DNA of 64,000 bases from a virus. This document shows, piece after piece, positions 40,431-51,004 of the stretch. The notes under the pieces are model-generated. The model was not told where the DNA came from and searched no databases. It was given only the letters and a program-made list of their open reading frames with translations. The DNA lies in the IMG/VR virus record IMGVR_UViG_3300023174_000130, positions 1 through 64,000 of that record. One strand, given 5' to 3'. The first letter of the stretch is position 1, and each line of letters opens with the position of its first letter. The position numbers and the translations under genes are program-made.

Positions 40431-41077
40431 TATTTTATTTTACGGAAATATTCTTCAAATACGTTGACAATATTTCTATTAAGAAGTCTGGAAGGTGATG
40501 TTTTAATAAGTTTTCTTGCTTCGGCAGCTTCTCTTTCTTGCCATGATCCTTCTACAAACATCCATTCTCTGCCTTCCATGATACCGTTTACAAAGGCATT
40601 TGGAGCAGATGGATCGGCAACAATATCAATAGCGGCCAACATAAAGTCTTCTTGAACTTCTTGATAACCATTCTTAGCTTTTAGAGAACCCATACCACGA
40701 GTTGATACACCAAGTTGCGCACCCTCATCGATAAGATTTTTTACAATCTTTCCCATTGGGGTATCTAAAACTTTAGCTTTACCATAGATGTTTTGACCAT
40801 CTTCATGGAGTTCTTTGACAATGTGAGATACTCGGTCAAGATTGACTGTTGGGCCAGTTGGATGATTCAATTCACCTAATGCACGACCTTTATCAACATA
40901 CTCATTGATATAACGCTTGCACTCTTTTAATAGAGTACCTTGTGGATAAATGCGACCATTGCGGTTTTTTACGCCAGATTGCATGAAGACACCTTCAATA
41001 AAGTAGGTCTTTTCACCATTTCCTACATTCTCTTTGATGTACTTAATGTCTTCTGTTAGTTCCGTGATTAGCTTCAT
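40430..41077 (-). CDS. gp21: prohead protease
   Basis: MKLITE, NRNGRIYP, ALGELNHP, GVSTRGMGS, DIVADPSAPNAFV. Confidence 0.97.
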   Translation of the reverse strand: MKLITELTEDIKYIKENVGNGEKTYFIEGVFMQSGVKNRNGRIYPQGTLLKECKRYINEYVDKGRALGELNHPTGPTVNLDRVSHIVKELHEDGQNIYGKAKVLDTPMGKIVKNLIDEGAQLGVSTRGMGSLKAKNGYQEVQEDFMLAAIDIVADPSAPNAFVNGIMEGREWMFVEGSWQEREAAEARKLIKTSPSRLLNRNIVNVFEEYFRKIK

Positions 41078-41238
41078 TCTTGTTCTTTCTTGCCTAAAAT
41101 GGTTTTGGCAACAGTTTTGTACTGTTCTTGTAGACGTTGCCCTACCTTGTTATAAAGAACCTTTGAGGTTTCATTTTTAAAGGATACGGCGTTTTCTTGT
41201 ACTACACTTTTGATCATTTGGCGGATGTTGTTTTTCAT
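41074..41238 (-). CDS. small prohead core protein (gp67/68-like position), 54 aa
   Basis: Not in the ORF track. MKNNIRQMIKSVVQENAVSFKNETSKVLYNKVGQRLQEQYKTVAKTILGKKEQE; overlaps both neighbours. Confidence 0.7.
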   Translation of the reverse strand: MKNNIRQMIKSVVQENAVSFKNETSKVLYNKVGQRLQEQYKTVAKTILGKKEQE

Positions 41239-41648
41239 ATTAAATTTTTTACTTTCTGTGAAAATGTTAGATGTTGTTTTAAAGCTTCTTCATTTGTTAA
41301 AATCTCTGATACCATTTTTTGTCTATTTTCAGGACTCAAAGATTCAAAAAGTTTTTTTAACAAAACTACATCAGACTCTGAGATATTTATACTAAAACCA
41401 TTTTTAAATTTATGTATTCCTGGATTAAAATTTTCTGTAAAATCAATAAATTCTTTTAATTCAACAGAATCAAGCGTTTGTTCTTCAGTATATAATAACT
41501 TTTTAGATACATTATTTTTGACTTGTAAAAAGCTCTCATGAAGTTTTATTGCCAAAGCTTGAGTTAAATTTTGTTTAAAAAATTTCTCATTTTTGGATAG
41601 CAATCCTTCGATGCTGTTTTTCAATAATGTAGTGGTGATATTTTTCAT
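41235..41648 (-). CDS. prohead core-associated hypothetical protein
   Basis: Lies between portal and protease; C-terminal LFESLSPENRQKM motif. Confidence 0.6.
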   Translation of the reverse strand: MKNITTTLLKNSIEGLLSKNEKFFKQNLTQALAIKLHESFLQVKNNVSKKLLYTEEQTLDSVELKEFIDFTENFNPGIHKFKNGFSINISESDVVLLKKLFESLSPENRQKMVSEILTNEEALKQHLTFSQKVKNLI

Positions 41649-41649
41649 A

Positions 41650-43212
41650 TTACTGAGGCTGGCTTTCTTGGGCTTGTGCTGCTTGCTGTGCAGCCATTGC
41701 TGCCTGCTCCTGTGCTATTCGCTGTCTGTCAATCTGCATTTGTTTTTCTAGTTCAATCAGATCTTCAGGCAAATATTTTAAGATATGTGTTTTTACATAA
41801 TCTGTAGAGAAATACTTACCAATGTATGGCTCAACAAAAGAAAGCATCTTTACACGCTCTGAAAGAATTTCTGCTTCTTTGAGATCCCAGAAATAATTGT
41901 CCGTATTGAAAACTACTTTGATATCTGTTTTAAGTTGTCTCCAGTCCTCATCGGTCATTACTCCTTTAAGAAGCAACTGAACTCTGAGCGTATCCAAGAA
42001 TAACTTGGAGAACTGGAATCTCAATCTATCTATAAACTTATAAAACTTAATCTCTTCACGTGTGATCTCGGTAGATCTACCCATGTTAAAACCATTGCTT
42101 TCTGGAGTCAAGCGGCTTAGCGGTACATTAAGTGCACCGTAAAGTTTCTTTTTGAAATATTCAGCATCTTCAATTTGAGAGAGTGATTGTGCTCCCGGCA
42201 AGGTAGTGATCTCTGTACCACGTGATCCTTCACGGCGAGGCAACCAATAGTCTTCCAGAACAGACATGAATTTGCGCTCATCTCTGATTTCACCAGTATC
42301 TTGGTTATAAATTAACCGAGTGCGGAAACGGCTCATCATATCACGCATATATTGTTCGGCTTTTTGTTTTGGAAGCTGACCAACGTCTACGTAAAATACT
42401 CTTCTTTCTGGGGCACGAGCAATTCTATAAACAAGCAATGCATCTTCCATTTGACGCAACATGTTTAGTGGTCTGATTGCTTTATGCAAATAACCCAAAA
42501 CTCGCTTGCTGTTTAGATCTACCAATCCAGATGGAACATAAACAACGCTATCCAAAGATAGATGAAGACCTTGTGGTCCGGTCATGATATAAGATTCTTT
42601 ATCTGTATTTGTATACACATAAAATTCTTCAATATCTTTGACTAACTGAACAGGAGTTCCGTTTGTCCCCTTATCCATTTCTTTTTTGAGCTTACGGATT
42701 TTTTTAATCTTTAATGGATCAATTGGAATAATTTCCTGAATGCCTTCCATTGGCAAATCTTTATCAATTACAAGATTATAATAGATCTTGGAATCAATAT
42801 ACCAACGACGGAAAGTTTCATACGATCTGTGATTAAAATCTAATAGATGAAGAATTGTTTCAAATTCTTTGTATATTTTTGTTTTAATATTTTCTGAAAT
42901 ATTGCAGTTTGATAAATCTAATTTTACTGGCTTATGATCAGTACCTGGAACAATTGCGGCATTTACAATTTCATCAATAGCATTATCTAGTTCTGGATAT
43001 ACCGACATATTACGATACTGAATTACAGATTGCTGTTCGTCACGCATTGTTGCAGCGTAATCAAGAGCAGTTCCAAAAAATCCACCAGCTTCAACAGTTA
43101 CAGTACCATCAAACATCTCTGGAGCAGCAAATGCCTGTATTGCTTGCTCTCGGGCATCAGCCTTTGTTGGCTGTTTTTTTCCAAACTGAAATCCAAATAT
43201 ATCAATTTCCAT
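41650..43212 (-). CDS. gp20: portal protein
   Basis: FRRWYIDS, YLHKAIRPLNMLRQMEDALLVYRIARAPERRVFYVDVG, EDYWLPRREG. Confidence 0.98.
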   Translation of the reverse strand: MEIDIFGFQFGKKQPTKADAREQAIQAFAAPEMFDGTVTVEAGGFFGTALDYAATMRDEQQSVIQYRNMSVYPELDNAIDEIVNAAIVPGTDHKPVKLDLSNCNISENIKTKIYKEFETILHLLDFNHRSYETFRRWYIDSKIYYNLVIDKDLPMEGIQEIIPIDPLKIKKIRKLKKEMDKGTNGTPVQLVKDIEEFYVYTNTDKESYIMTGPQGLHLSLDSVVYVPSGLVDLNSKRVLGYLHKAIRPLNMLRQMEDALLVYRIARAPERRVFYVDVGQLPKQKAEQYMRDMMSRFRTRLIYNQDTGEIRDERKFMSVLEDYWLPRREGSRGTEITTLPGAQSLSQIEDAEYFKKKLYGALNVPLSRLTPESNGFNMGRSTEITREEIKFYKFIDRLRFQFSKLFLDTLRVQLLLKGVMTDEDWRQLKTDIKVVFNTDNYFWDLKEAEILSERVKMLSFVEPYIGKYFSTDYVKTHILKYLPEDLIELEKQMQIDRQRIAQEQAAMAAQQAAQAQESQPQ

Positions 43213-43220
43213 ATTTCACC

Positions 43221-43748
43221 TTAGTTTCTTCTTGTAACATTAGTTATCTCAATATAATCAAAAACAATGATAACGTTAAAACTATTTAACGTGTTTGGAT
43301 TACCCATGTTTAGATTTATTGGTTGAATTCCTGCAGGCCAACAGCCATGCAATTTATATTCTTTTAAAACAGAATTTGGTCCATCTTCACCATTTAAATT
43401 TAAATGTTGAATTTTCCAATTATCCGCTTTATATTTTTTTGGTAGTGTAGATTTATTCGTATCGTGATCATTTATAAGATTTTGCCACTTTTGAATTCTT
43501 CCCCAAAGATTATTTGATCCAGTATCGTCCCATGCAGTAAAAGACCACGTACCATAATCTTTTTCACCGGGATAATGAAATTTTCTACCAAAATAATCAT
43601 AGCTTATAGTCTTAGAAGCTGCATTAGGTACAGTAGCTGCTCTTACATGGAAGTCTGTAAATTTTCCACCTGTGGGAAAACTACCAATTATTTTAAATCG
43701 GTTAGATCTTGATCCTCCAAAGAAATTTGTTTTAAAATCTATGAGCAT
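43221..43748 (-). CDS. gp19: tail tube protein (copy 2)
   Basis: GGSRSNRF, GRKFHYPGEKDYGTW, LHGCWP, FDY. Confidence 0.85.
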   Translation of the reverse strand: MLIDFKTNFFGGSRSNRFKIIGSFPTGGKFTDFHVRAATVPNAASKTISYDYFGRKFHYPGEKDYGTWSFTAWDDTGSNNLWGRIQKWQNLINDHDTNKSTLPKKYKADNWKIQHLNLNGEDGPNSVLKEYKLHGCWPAGIQPINLNMGNPNTLNSFNVIIVFDYIEITNVTRRN

Positions 43749-43751
43749 AGT

Positions 43752-44294
43752 TTAGCTATTGTAGTTGTCTTGAATTTTTAGATAATCAAAAGTAAGTGTT
43801 GCACTAAAACCAACGAAGCCAACTTCACCCATGTTAAGATTAATTTCACCAACAACTGATGGCCAGCATTTATACAAAGTAATTGTTTTTATAGGATTTC
43901 CGTTTAAATCCAATTGTTTTATTTGCCAAGTTGTTTGAAGAGTTTTATAGGAATAATCATTTCTAACAACTTTATGGGTATAATGGCCGTCCATTTGTTC
44001 CGACCAAGTATGTAATGCTTTCCAAATATTTTTAGTATTATTATCGTCGTAAATACCTATAGCCCAAGTACTATAAATTCTATCACCAGCATATGTGACC
44101 ATTCTTCCACGATATGGAACAGAAATAGTATTAATTTGAGTAGCTGGCAATGATGCAGATACTATTTTAAATGCTGCATCATTTTTATCAATACTAATTC
44201 CATTTGGCCATTTTGGCATAACCACGAACCTATTGGCACGGGTTCCACCGTTAAAACCATCTTTAAAATTAATTATTGAATTTTTTGATGGCAT
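43752..44294 (-). CDS. gp19: tail tube protein (copy 1)
   Basis: GGTRANRF, VPYRGR..TYAGDRIYSTW, QLDLNG, CWPSVVGEI, FSATLTFDY. Confidence 0.88.
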   Translation of the reverse strand: MPSKNSIINFKDGFNGGTRANRFVVMPKWPNGISIDKNDAAFKIVSASLPATQINTISVPYRGRMVTYAGDRIYSTWAIGIYDDNNTKNIWKALHTWSEQMDGHYTHKVVRNDYSYKTLQTTWQIKQLDLNGNPIKTITLYKCWPSVVGEINLNMGEVGFVGFSATLTFDYLKIQDNYNS

Positions 44295-45619
44295 TATTGT
44301 GTTAGGGTTATATTAAGTATAAAGCTATCAATACTGAGAATTGGTTTAATTATTACTTGAATCGTCAATGATGAAGAGTTATCTGTATTGTTAGATGCAT
44401 CACATATAATTTGAGTTTTAGTATTGTCAATATATGGAGTAAATGGATCTATTGCATTATCTATTTCAGAAGTAATTTGTGCGCGGGTAGATGCATTATT
44501 TACATCAAATAGGTATTTCAATGCAATGGCATTAATAGCTTCTGACAAAGCTGAACGAAGTCTTGATGGGCCTATTCTTTCATCAGATGATACTACACCA
44601 GAAGAATTTGCTGTGGCTCCAACAACATCCGATCCTAAAAATTTAGGATTAAAGTTTACAAAGAAATTGACTCTATTATTTCTTAAAACTGTTTTTAAAT
44701 TATCAAACCAATCAATCGAATTTGATACATTTCCATTTAATACAGTTGCTCTATCTATACCGGCTACAGTTAAATACTGTTCATTTCGATTTAAAGCTCT
44801 GGTAAAGAATCCACCTACATCAGACACTGCTGGCAAAGTATATGTAATCTTACTGGTGCTTAATAATGAAGTTGTATCTAAATCTGTTACAGTTTTTAAA
44901 CCACAAACATTAAATATTCTATTAGCAACTTGTGTTCCAGTGACGTAAGCAGATGACCCGAATAAAGTTGCGTAGTTTGCCATAGTATAACCAGCTCCAG
45001 TAATTCCAGAACTATCGGCAATGCTTGGGAATATACCTACAGTATATGGTTGGTCTATTAACCATTGACATAATGTGGTTCCCGCTTGTTGGCCAATTAC
45101 TATATCAAAATAATTTTGCGAATCTATAATATATTGATCCAATCCAGCTGCAGATCCAGACAAAATCAAAGAACCACCATAAGCCATATAATTTATGGCA
45201 AACAACATATCTTTACCAGCAGCCAATGGTGTTAGACGAACAGAGTTGTTTTCTACTCCAGCAGTTTGAAAAAATCCATATGTTCCACCTGCGCCGGGAT
45301 CTGATACCAGACATGCTGTGACTCCACCCAATGAATTTAAATCTCCAATAAAATCTTGTGGTGTGGTATAAACAATATATTTGTCTAAAGTAGTGCCTTT
45401 AGCGGGAACGGTAGATCCTGTAGATCCCCATGTTCTGGAACGAGAGTATATTAACCATCCAAATAAGCCACCAGGATCATTGCCTGCAGCGCCTGAAAGA
45501 CCATTAAATGTCAAACCGCTGTTATATGTATTTCCGGTAATCATACCGGCTAACAGGGTATTGGTGGTACTTTCTGTCGAATATTGGTTAGAGCTTATAA
45601 AGGAGCTGAGTGATGGCAT
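44294..45619 (-). CDS. gp18: tail sheath protein, short and divergent (441 aa)
   Basis: Lies between gp17 and gp19; C-terminal LFDVNNASTR...IICDASNNT...IIKPILSIDSFILNI sheath motif. Confidence 0.8.
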   Translation of the reverse strand: MPSLSSFISSNQYSTESTTNTLLAGMITGNTYNSGLTFNGLSGAAGNDPGGLFGWLIYSRSRTWGSTGSTVPAKGTTLDKYIVYTTPQDFIGDLNSLGGVTACLVSDPGAGGTYGFFQTAGVENNSVRLTPLAAGKDMLFAINYMAYGGSLILSGSAAGLDQYIIDSQNYFDIVIGQQAGTTLCQWLIDQPYTVGIFPSIADSSGITGAGYTMANYATLFGSSAYVTGTQVANRIFNVCGLKTVTDLDTTSLLSTSKITYTLPAVSDVGGFFTRALNRNEQYLTVAGIDRATVLNGNVSNSIDWFDNLKTVLRNNRVNFFVNFNPKFLGSDVVGATANSSGVVSSDERIGPSRLRSALSEAINAIALKYLFDVNNASTRAQITSEIDNAIDPFTPYIDNTKTQIICDASNNTDNSSSLTIQVIIKPILSIDSFILNITLTQ

Positions 45620-45654
45620 TTAATTTCCTTTTTCTGTCAAAATATTTAGCATTC

Positions 45655-47316
45655 TTATGAAGGATACCAAACAACACCATTTTCTACAAACTCACCATCA
45701 TCTTCACCATTATTTTGATTTGGAGCAAATAAAACATTATCATCTTCTGGTTTTATAGCTTCTTCATAGTTAAATTTTGATTGTTCTATAAGATCTGCAA
45801 AGTATTCTTGTCGGGTTAACCAAGCAAAAAATACCAAAGTCATAACTAAATCATCATTTTGACCATCTTCGGCCTTATATGTATTTGATTTAGAAACAAA
45901 TGACATCATTTCTGTTATAATTCTATCATCATTTAATAAAAGTTTATTTTCTTCTACTAGACGTTTTAATATAGCACATCCTATTTTTTTAGTTTGTGCT
46001 GTTGTTCTCAAACCCATTTCATTTTTTCCAACACCACCGAATCCTTGAGATAAAACTTGACCTTTTCTTCCTATAATTTTAGTCATCAATACATTTTCAT
46101 ATTCTAGATCAGAATGAAGAATATTAGAAACTTGACCACCAAGATCATTAGTTTCTATTAAAACATAAGCGTTGTTATAAGCTTTAGCAACATTTTGTAT
46201 AACTGTTGGAAAATTAAAAGGACTTATAGTATTGTTTCTGTAACTGCACACAACCTTGTATGGGGTACTGGAACCTTCAATTACTGTAAATGCTGAATAG
46301 TCCGATCCCTGTCCTCTGGAGACATCTGCTTGCAAAAAATAAGTTTTGTCTTGTTGTGGTGTTTCGTATACTCTATGCCCTTCGGCATTTTCAGATATTG
46401 GTTCTTCTGGTGCCAATACATTTAATTTGGTAGAAGAAATAAGAGTATTAGAAGAGCCCAAAAAGCTACATCCATATTCTTGTTCAAATTGTTCCGGGCT
46501 TGTGTTGGCTATCTGTTCTTCAGCCCACACATCATCTCTTTTAGGACCACCGGGAGTAATTGGAACATCTCTCCAGCTTACTTCTACTGGGACAAATCTA
46601 TTTTTTAATTTATGGCCTTCTTGTCTGTTTGCATCCACCCAAAGTTTATGAAAATGATTCATTCCATTTGGGGTTGAAACAATAATAAGTTTTGTAGTTA
46701 AACCTGCTGAAATAGTTGGATAAGTAGATGAATAGAATTCTTCTGCAATATGTGATGGCAAGAACGCGTATTCGTCCAACAAAAGTAAGTTATAAGAACC
46801 ACCACGGATTGCTGAAGACGATGTTGCGTCACATACGACTCTAGATCCATTTTCCAATTTAAAGCTTGTCTTATTCCATTCTACCACTCCTTGTTGAAGA
46901 AATTGTGGAAGATTTTCATAAGCCAGCTGAAGTTTGGCAAATAATTCGTCTTTAGCGGTTTTTAACTTATTTGCCAGAATAGCTACGTTAACACTTTGGT
47001 TAAATGTAACATAATGACAAATATAACCAATTACTGATGTAGATTTACCCGATTGGCGAGGCCATTTAGAAATAACAAATCTATTTTTGTGTATTTCTCT
47101 TACAAATTTTTCTTGATAATCATATAACTTGAAAGGCATAACGCCTTTGTCTAGCGTTTTTACTTTTACATATTTACTGCAAAAATATACTGGATCATTT
47201 GCACATTTAACATATTCTTCCAGTTGTTCTTTTGTGTAAGGTATTTCAACGCCAGGAGGTTTTAGCTTTGGGTTGTTTCTGTACCCTTGATTATTGTTGT
47301 TTTGACTCACTATCAA
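45655..47316 (-). CDS. gp17: terminase large subunit
   Basis: PRQSGKST, LLDEYAF, STPNGMNHF, FEQEYGCSF, DVSRG..DYSAF, DDLVM. Confidence 0.97.
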   Translation of the reverse strand: MIVSQNNNNQGYRNNPKLKPPGVEIPYTKEQLEEYVKCANDPVYFCSKYVKVKTLDKGVMPFKLYDYQEKFVREIHKNRFVISKWPRQSGKSTSVIGYICHYVTFNQSVNVAILANKLKTAKDELFAKLQLAYENLPQFLQQGVVEWNKTSFKLENGSRVVCDATSSSAIRGGSYNLLLLDEYAFLPSHIAEEFYSSTYPTISAGLTTKLIIVSTPNGMNHFHKLWVDANRQEGHKLKNRFVPVEVSWRDVPITPGGPKRDDVWAEEQIANTSPEQFEQEYGCSFLGSSNTLISSTKLNVLAPEEPISENAEGHRVYETPQQDKTYFLQADVSRGQGSDYSAFTVIEGSSTPYKVVCSYRNNTISPFNFPTVIQNVAKAYNNAYVLIETNDLGGQVSNILHSDLEYENVLMTKIIGRKGQVLSQGFGGVGKNEMGLRTTAQTKKIGCAILKRLVEENKLLLNDDRIITEMMSFVSKSNTYKAEDGQNDDLVMTLVFFAWLTRQEYFADLIEQSKFNYEEAIKPEDDNVLFAPNQNNGEDDGEFVENGVVWYPS

Positions 47317-47734
47317 TTACCTCTGCTTCAATCACCTTATCAGTACTTCTATCTTTATTTAATAGATTCTGCAGATCTTTGGTTGAACCAACAAAAACAG
47401 AATTGTTTGTTTGCGTAACTTTTGTCGTAGTAGATGAAGTTGTATCTTTTGCTTTTTTGTGCACATCCAAAACGTTGTTGTTAAGATCGGCCATGGTTTT
47501 TAATAAAATGGCTACCACTTCAAATGCTCTCGGTGAATCCGATTCCGTGGCAACTTTTAATGCAGCTTCAAGTGCTAAATTACCATTACCAATCAAATCT
47601 TTTAGATTTGATTGTACGGTCGCATAATCTTTTTGAAAAGAAGAAGAGTCAAATGTTCCACCAGAAATTACTTTATCTTTTGGTGTTTCTGCAACTTCAT
47701 TTAAATTAAATAACTTTGATAAATTTTTATTCAT
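47291..47734 (-). CDS. gp16: terminase small subunit
   Basis: ESDSPRAFEV, NNSVFVGSTKDLQ. Confidence 0.93.
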   Translation of the reverse strand: MNKNLSKLFNLNEVAETPKDKVISGGTFDSSSFQKDYATVQSNLKDLIGNGNLALEAALKVATESDSPRAFEVVAILLKTMADLNNNVLDVHKKAKDTTSSTTTKVTQTNNSVFVGSTKDLQNLLNKDRSTDKVIEAEVIDSESKQQ

Positions 47735-47738
47735 ATAC

Positions 47739-48389
47739 TCAATCTATTATTACAATATTTGATGATGTAATTCCTGTGACAGATTTAATTTCACCAAATA
47801 TCCACGATTTGGCTAAAAACTGAAATGAGGCTATATTAAGTCTACGGCTTGATAAATCACCTTCGTATTTTTCAGTCAAATTATTACTTACCATTATAAT
47901 TGGTATTTGTAAATTTGTCTGTGCCTCATTCATATTTAAAGTGATTATATGTTCGGGAACAAAGAATGGCATTATTTGTTCTATAATTTGCAGCATATCA
48001 TCTGTATGTCTTGTGTAAACATATAGATTAAAAGATACATTTACTGGTATTTGGCTTGATATAGCACTTCCTACTGGACCACATGATGGAGATCCAATAT
48101 TACTAGGTTGTACTTTTCTACCCAATCTTCTTGAAGCATCCGACACAATACTATTCATTGAAAAACTTATAATAGGAAGTTGCGTCTCAATACGAGTTCC
48201 AGGTGTAATAGAAGAAGGTTGCAACAATCTTTGAATAAATTTTTCTTGAGGTGCATAATGAATGGGAACTCGTATATTCTGTGCAACTGATGTATCTGGA
48301 TCAATATGAGCAACTTCTATATTGCTGAATAATGATCCAAAACCAACCACTAGTTTTCTTAAATTTTCATTGTAAAAATAACCAAACAT
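47739..48389 (-). CDS. gp15: tail sheath stabiliser/completion protein
   Basis: YFYNENLRKLVVGFGSLF, VPIHYAPQEKF, QIIEQIMPFF; start set at ATG 48389. Confidence 0.92.
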   Translation of the reverse strand: MFGYFYNENLRKLVVGFGSLFSNIEVAHIDPDTSVAQNIRVPIHYAPQEKFIQRLLQPSSITPGTRIETQLPIISFSMNSIVSDASRRLGRKVQPSNIGSPSCGPVGSAISSQIPVNVSFNLYVYTRHTDDMLQIIEQIMPFFVPEHIITLNMNEAQTNLQIPIIMVSNNLTEKYEGDLSSRRLNIASFQFLAKSWIFGEIKSVTGITSSNIVIID

Positions 48390-48391
48390 TT

Positions 48392-49069
48392 TTATGAACC
48401 TCCTGTGCAACCAGCTTCATTAAATGGATCATTGGGATTAAATCCATATGAATTGCCTTCTGTTCGCAATTCATCATTAACTCCAAATGTTGTGCCTAGA
48501 TTATTTGCAATTGGTATAATTACCGATCCAGATAACCCTGCTGTAGTTGATGTGTATGGAGAATTGATATCACTATTCAAAGTTTGAATCTTTTCATAGC
48601 TATATGTGAAGAGTTCTGCAGTTATCTGATAAGAATAAAGCTTACCTAAAGGATAAAGAGGATTTTCATGCTCAACAAAATTAATTTCAAATAATGATTT
48701 GGATAAAGGAAAATAAATTAAATCGCCTTCTCTGGGTCTTGTTATGGTTTTATCGATAGCTGTAACTTCATCTCTAAATCTGCGTCTAGCCATTAATAAA
48801 GAAATTTTGTCTTTAATTTCTAATCCAAATTGAGTAATAACATCAGTACCATCAAATCCTTTATATGACTGTATGTACATTTCTATTGTATAAATCTTTT
48901 CAAAAGAAGAAGATGGGTCTTCACCAAATATTTTATCAATGTTAAAATATTTTCTAGGAACATAAAAACAATCCTGACCCACTCCTTGAATTAATTCTAC
49001 CGTCAAATCTTCGATTAAACGTTGTTCTGTTATGACAGAAGTGGTATTGATGTATGGATTTGTTGCCAT
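48392..49069 (-). CDS. gp14: neck protein
   Basis: EQRLIEDL, YVPR, FGLEIKD, RPREGDLIYFP, FEINFVEHE. Confidence 0.95.
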   Translation of the reverse strand: MATNPYINTTSVITEQRLIEDLTVELIQGVGQDCFYVPRKYFNIDKIFGEDPSSSFEKIYTIEMYIQSYKGFDGTDVITQFGLEIKDKISLLMARRRFRDEVTAIDKTITRPREGDLIYFPLSKSLFEINFVEHENPLYPLGKLYSYQITAELFTYSYEKIQTLNSDINSPYTSTTAGLSGSVIIPIANNLGTTFGVNDELRTEGNSYGFNPNDPFNEAGCTGGS

Positions 49070-49070
49070 A

Positions 49071-49901
49071 TTATCCGATCATTGGATCAACTGGAAGCTC
49101 TTGAGTCTTCAACAGCATTTGTTCTATTACTTCTAATTCTTTTACAGCATCTTGCATTATAGCTGCAGCATTTAGTGAGGCACCACCGGGCAATGGCATT
49201 CCTGTGAACTTTATTAAGTTTTGTGCCCATTGTTTTTTAAGTAATGCTGCGTAGTGCCTTTGGAAAATACGATCATCCCATGCTTTTATATAATAATCTG
49301 GATTAACTTGAACATACGCTTCAACCATGAGAAAATTTATATGATTCATTCTAGAATCTTTTACTTCTAAAAATAATCTATTTGTTGTTTTTGTATATGT
49401 AAATGATACAGGATAATTAAACACATCATTTATTAAGCTAAGGTATTGCATACTTTCCATGTATGAGGCCATTGGTCCCTGTGATAGGCCACCTTGGTTA
49501 AAGTATAAACCAAAGAAATCAAATAATGTCATTTGATATCTCAAATCAAACATATAATCTCCAACCGTACTATTTGGGCTGTAAACTTGACTAATGGTTC
49601 GAATGTCCGAGGCAGCTGGCCAGTATGCAGTACTTCCACTTTCACTTGAAGTTACACCTTGAGCACCAACAGCATAACCAAATTTTGTTACATCAAAATA
49701 TTTGCCAGTTATATTATCTTGTGTAATTGGTACAACAAACTGTGCACGTTGATTAAAGTCAAAATGACGTTCGTGCATATATTCCAAAGATTCATCTAAA
49801 CGATCTTCAGCTTGTTGAGGATCTATGTTTATTTGAATTACTGGGGCACCCAGTTTTCTAAATGCATAATTGATAAAATCCTGTCGGGTGGTTATAGCCA
49901 T
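49071..49901 (-). CDS. gp13: neck protein
   Basis: RKLGAPVIQIN, KKQWAQNLIKF.GMPLPGG. Confidence 0.95.
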   Translation of the reverse strand: MAITTRQDFINYAFRKLGAPVIQINIDPQQAEDRLDESLEYMHERHFDFNQRAQFVVPITQDNITGKYFDVTKFGYAVGAQGVTSSESGSTAYWPAASDIRTISQVYSPNSTVGDYMFDLRYQMTLFDFFGLYFNQGGLSQGPMASYMESMQYLSLINDVFNYPVSFTYTKTTNRLFLEVKDSRMNHINFLMVEAYVQVNPDYYIKAWDDRIFQRHYAALLKKQWAQNLIKFTGMPLPGGASLNAAAIMQDAVKELEVIEQMLLKTQELPVDPMIG

Positions 49902-49909
49902 ACAAATAT

Positions 49910-50362
49910 TTATGTATTCTCTATTATTTTATTTACTTGATCTATAATTCTCTCTTTTTCTTCACTTGCTCCCAGTGTAACTTGAATATATTGTAAGTTT
50001 TCAGGATCTATTTGTTCTATTTGTTCTTTTCTATCTCTTATTTCGGCTGGCTTATAATTTGGATCATAATTACTAAATCCTGGCATTTTAAGTGGACAAT
50101 TTAATATCGGATAATCTAATTTTGAATATTCTTCATTATTTTGCATCAGCCAAGTATGTTTTTTGTCACCACATCCACATTTATTACAAAAATATTTTTG
50201 TGGTTCAACTGAGCTTTCTTTTAAATAAGGACAGGGTGTATTGACTTCCAAACCACCAAAACAAGACAAAACTCTGAGTTGTTTTGTTTGTAAGTCAGTT
50301 TTTTTGTTTCCCAAGCCTCTTGACGCCAACGATGCAGCAAACATTATCATCTTATTAAACAT
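49910..50362 (-). CDS. Cys-rich putative metal-binding protein
   Basis: SC...PCP...FCNKCGCG...NCP. Confidence 0.55.
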   Translation of the reverse strand: MFNKMIMFAASLASRGLGNKKTDLQTKQLRVLSCFGGLEVNTPCPYLKESSVEPQKYFCNKCGCGDKKHTWLMQNNEEYSKLDYPILNCPLKMPGFSNYDPNYKPAEIRDRKEQIEQIDPENLQYIQVTLGASEEKERIIDQVNKIIENT

Positions 50363-50365
50363 AAA

Positions 50366-51004
50366 TTATATCACCTTATAATCTATTACAATCCCTGCTG
50401 GTATTACGTGTTGCTCCAAGAATGTTTTATAATTTTGTAAAGTATTATACTTGGAACTTGTTACAGCTATTTGTATATTTGAATATGTGGTTGTAGTAAC
50501 ATATACTTCCGTAATACCAAACCCAAGTAAAGCGCAAATCAAATATTTTATAGCTGGAGGAGTTCCTTTGATATTAAAATAATTTTCATCTGCTTTTACA
50601 GCAAATGTTCTTAAATTTGGTAAAATAGAACTTAATTGAGATGAAGATAAATTAGCATTTGGAAAATAAAAATCAAATAAAGCTTCTAAAAATATAGAGT
50701 GCATATACAAAGGAACTCTTATATTTTCCCAGTTAAGCTGTGCACCATATCCATAATCTTGGCTAAAAAGCCATCTTAAATAATTTTTAATAATTGGAAC
50801 TATGGTTACAGAACTAGTAGTATCATTTTCATATGATTTTAAAATCCATTCTGGAAATAAAGATTCTACAGTAAGCATATCTCCAAACCATGGTTTTGTG
50901 ATTATATCATGAAAATCACTACCCAGCACTGTAAAACAGCTTTCAGCAGCTAATTGTGCTTTTGTTTGTAATTGAATTTTTTGATTATTATATAAAACAA
51001 TCAT
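50366..51004 (-). CDS. putative baseplate wedge subunit (gp7-like, short)
   Basis: Follows gp6; VESLFPEWI, YFNIKGTPPAIKYL, HVIPAG motifs typical of wedge/tail-I proteins. Confidence 0.6.
   Translation of the reverse strand: MIVLYNNQKIQLQTKAQLAAESCFTVLGSDFHDIITKPWFGDMLTVESLFPEWILKSYENDTTSSVTIVPIIKNYLRWLFSQDYGYGAQLNWENIRVPLYMHSIFLEALFDFYFPNANLSSSQLSSILPNLRTFAVKADENYFNIKGTPPAIKYLICALLGFGITEVYVTTTTYSNIQIAVTSSKYNTLQNYKTFLEQHVIPAGIVIDYKVI

Noticed and set aside
45655-47316. Intron, intein or homing endonuclease in terminase, helicase or other core genes
   Set aside because: Lengths are normal and no intein, HNH, GIY-YIG or LAGLIDADG motifs were seen.
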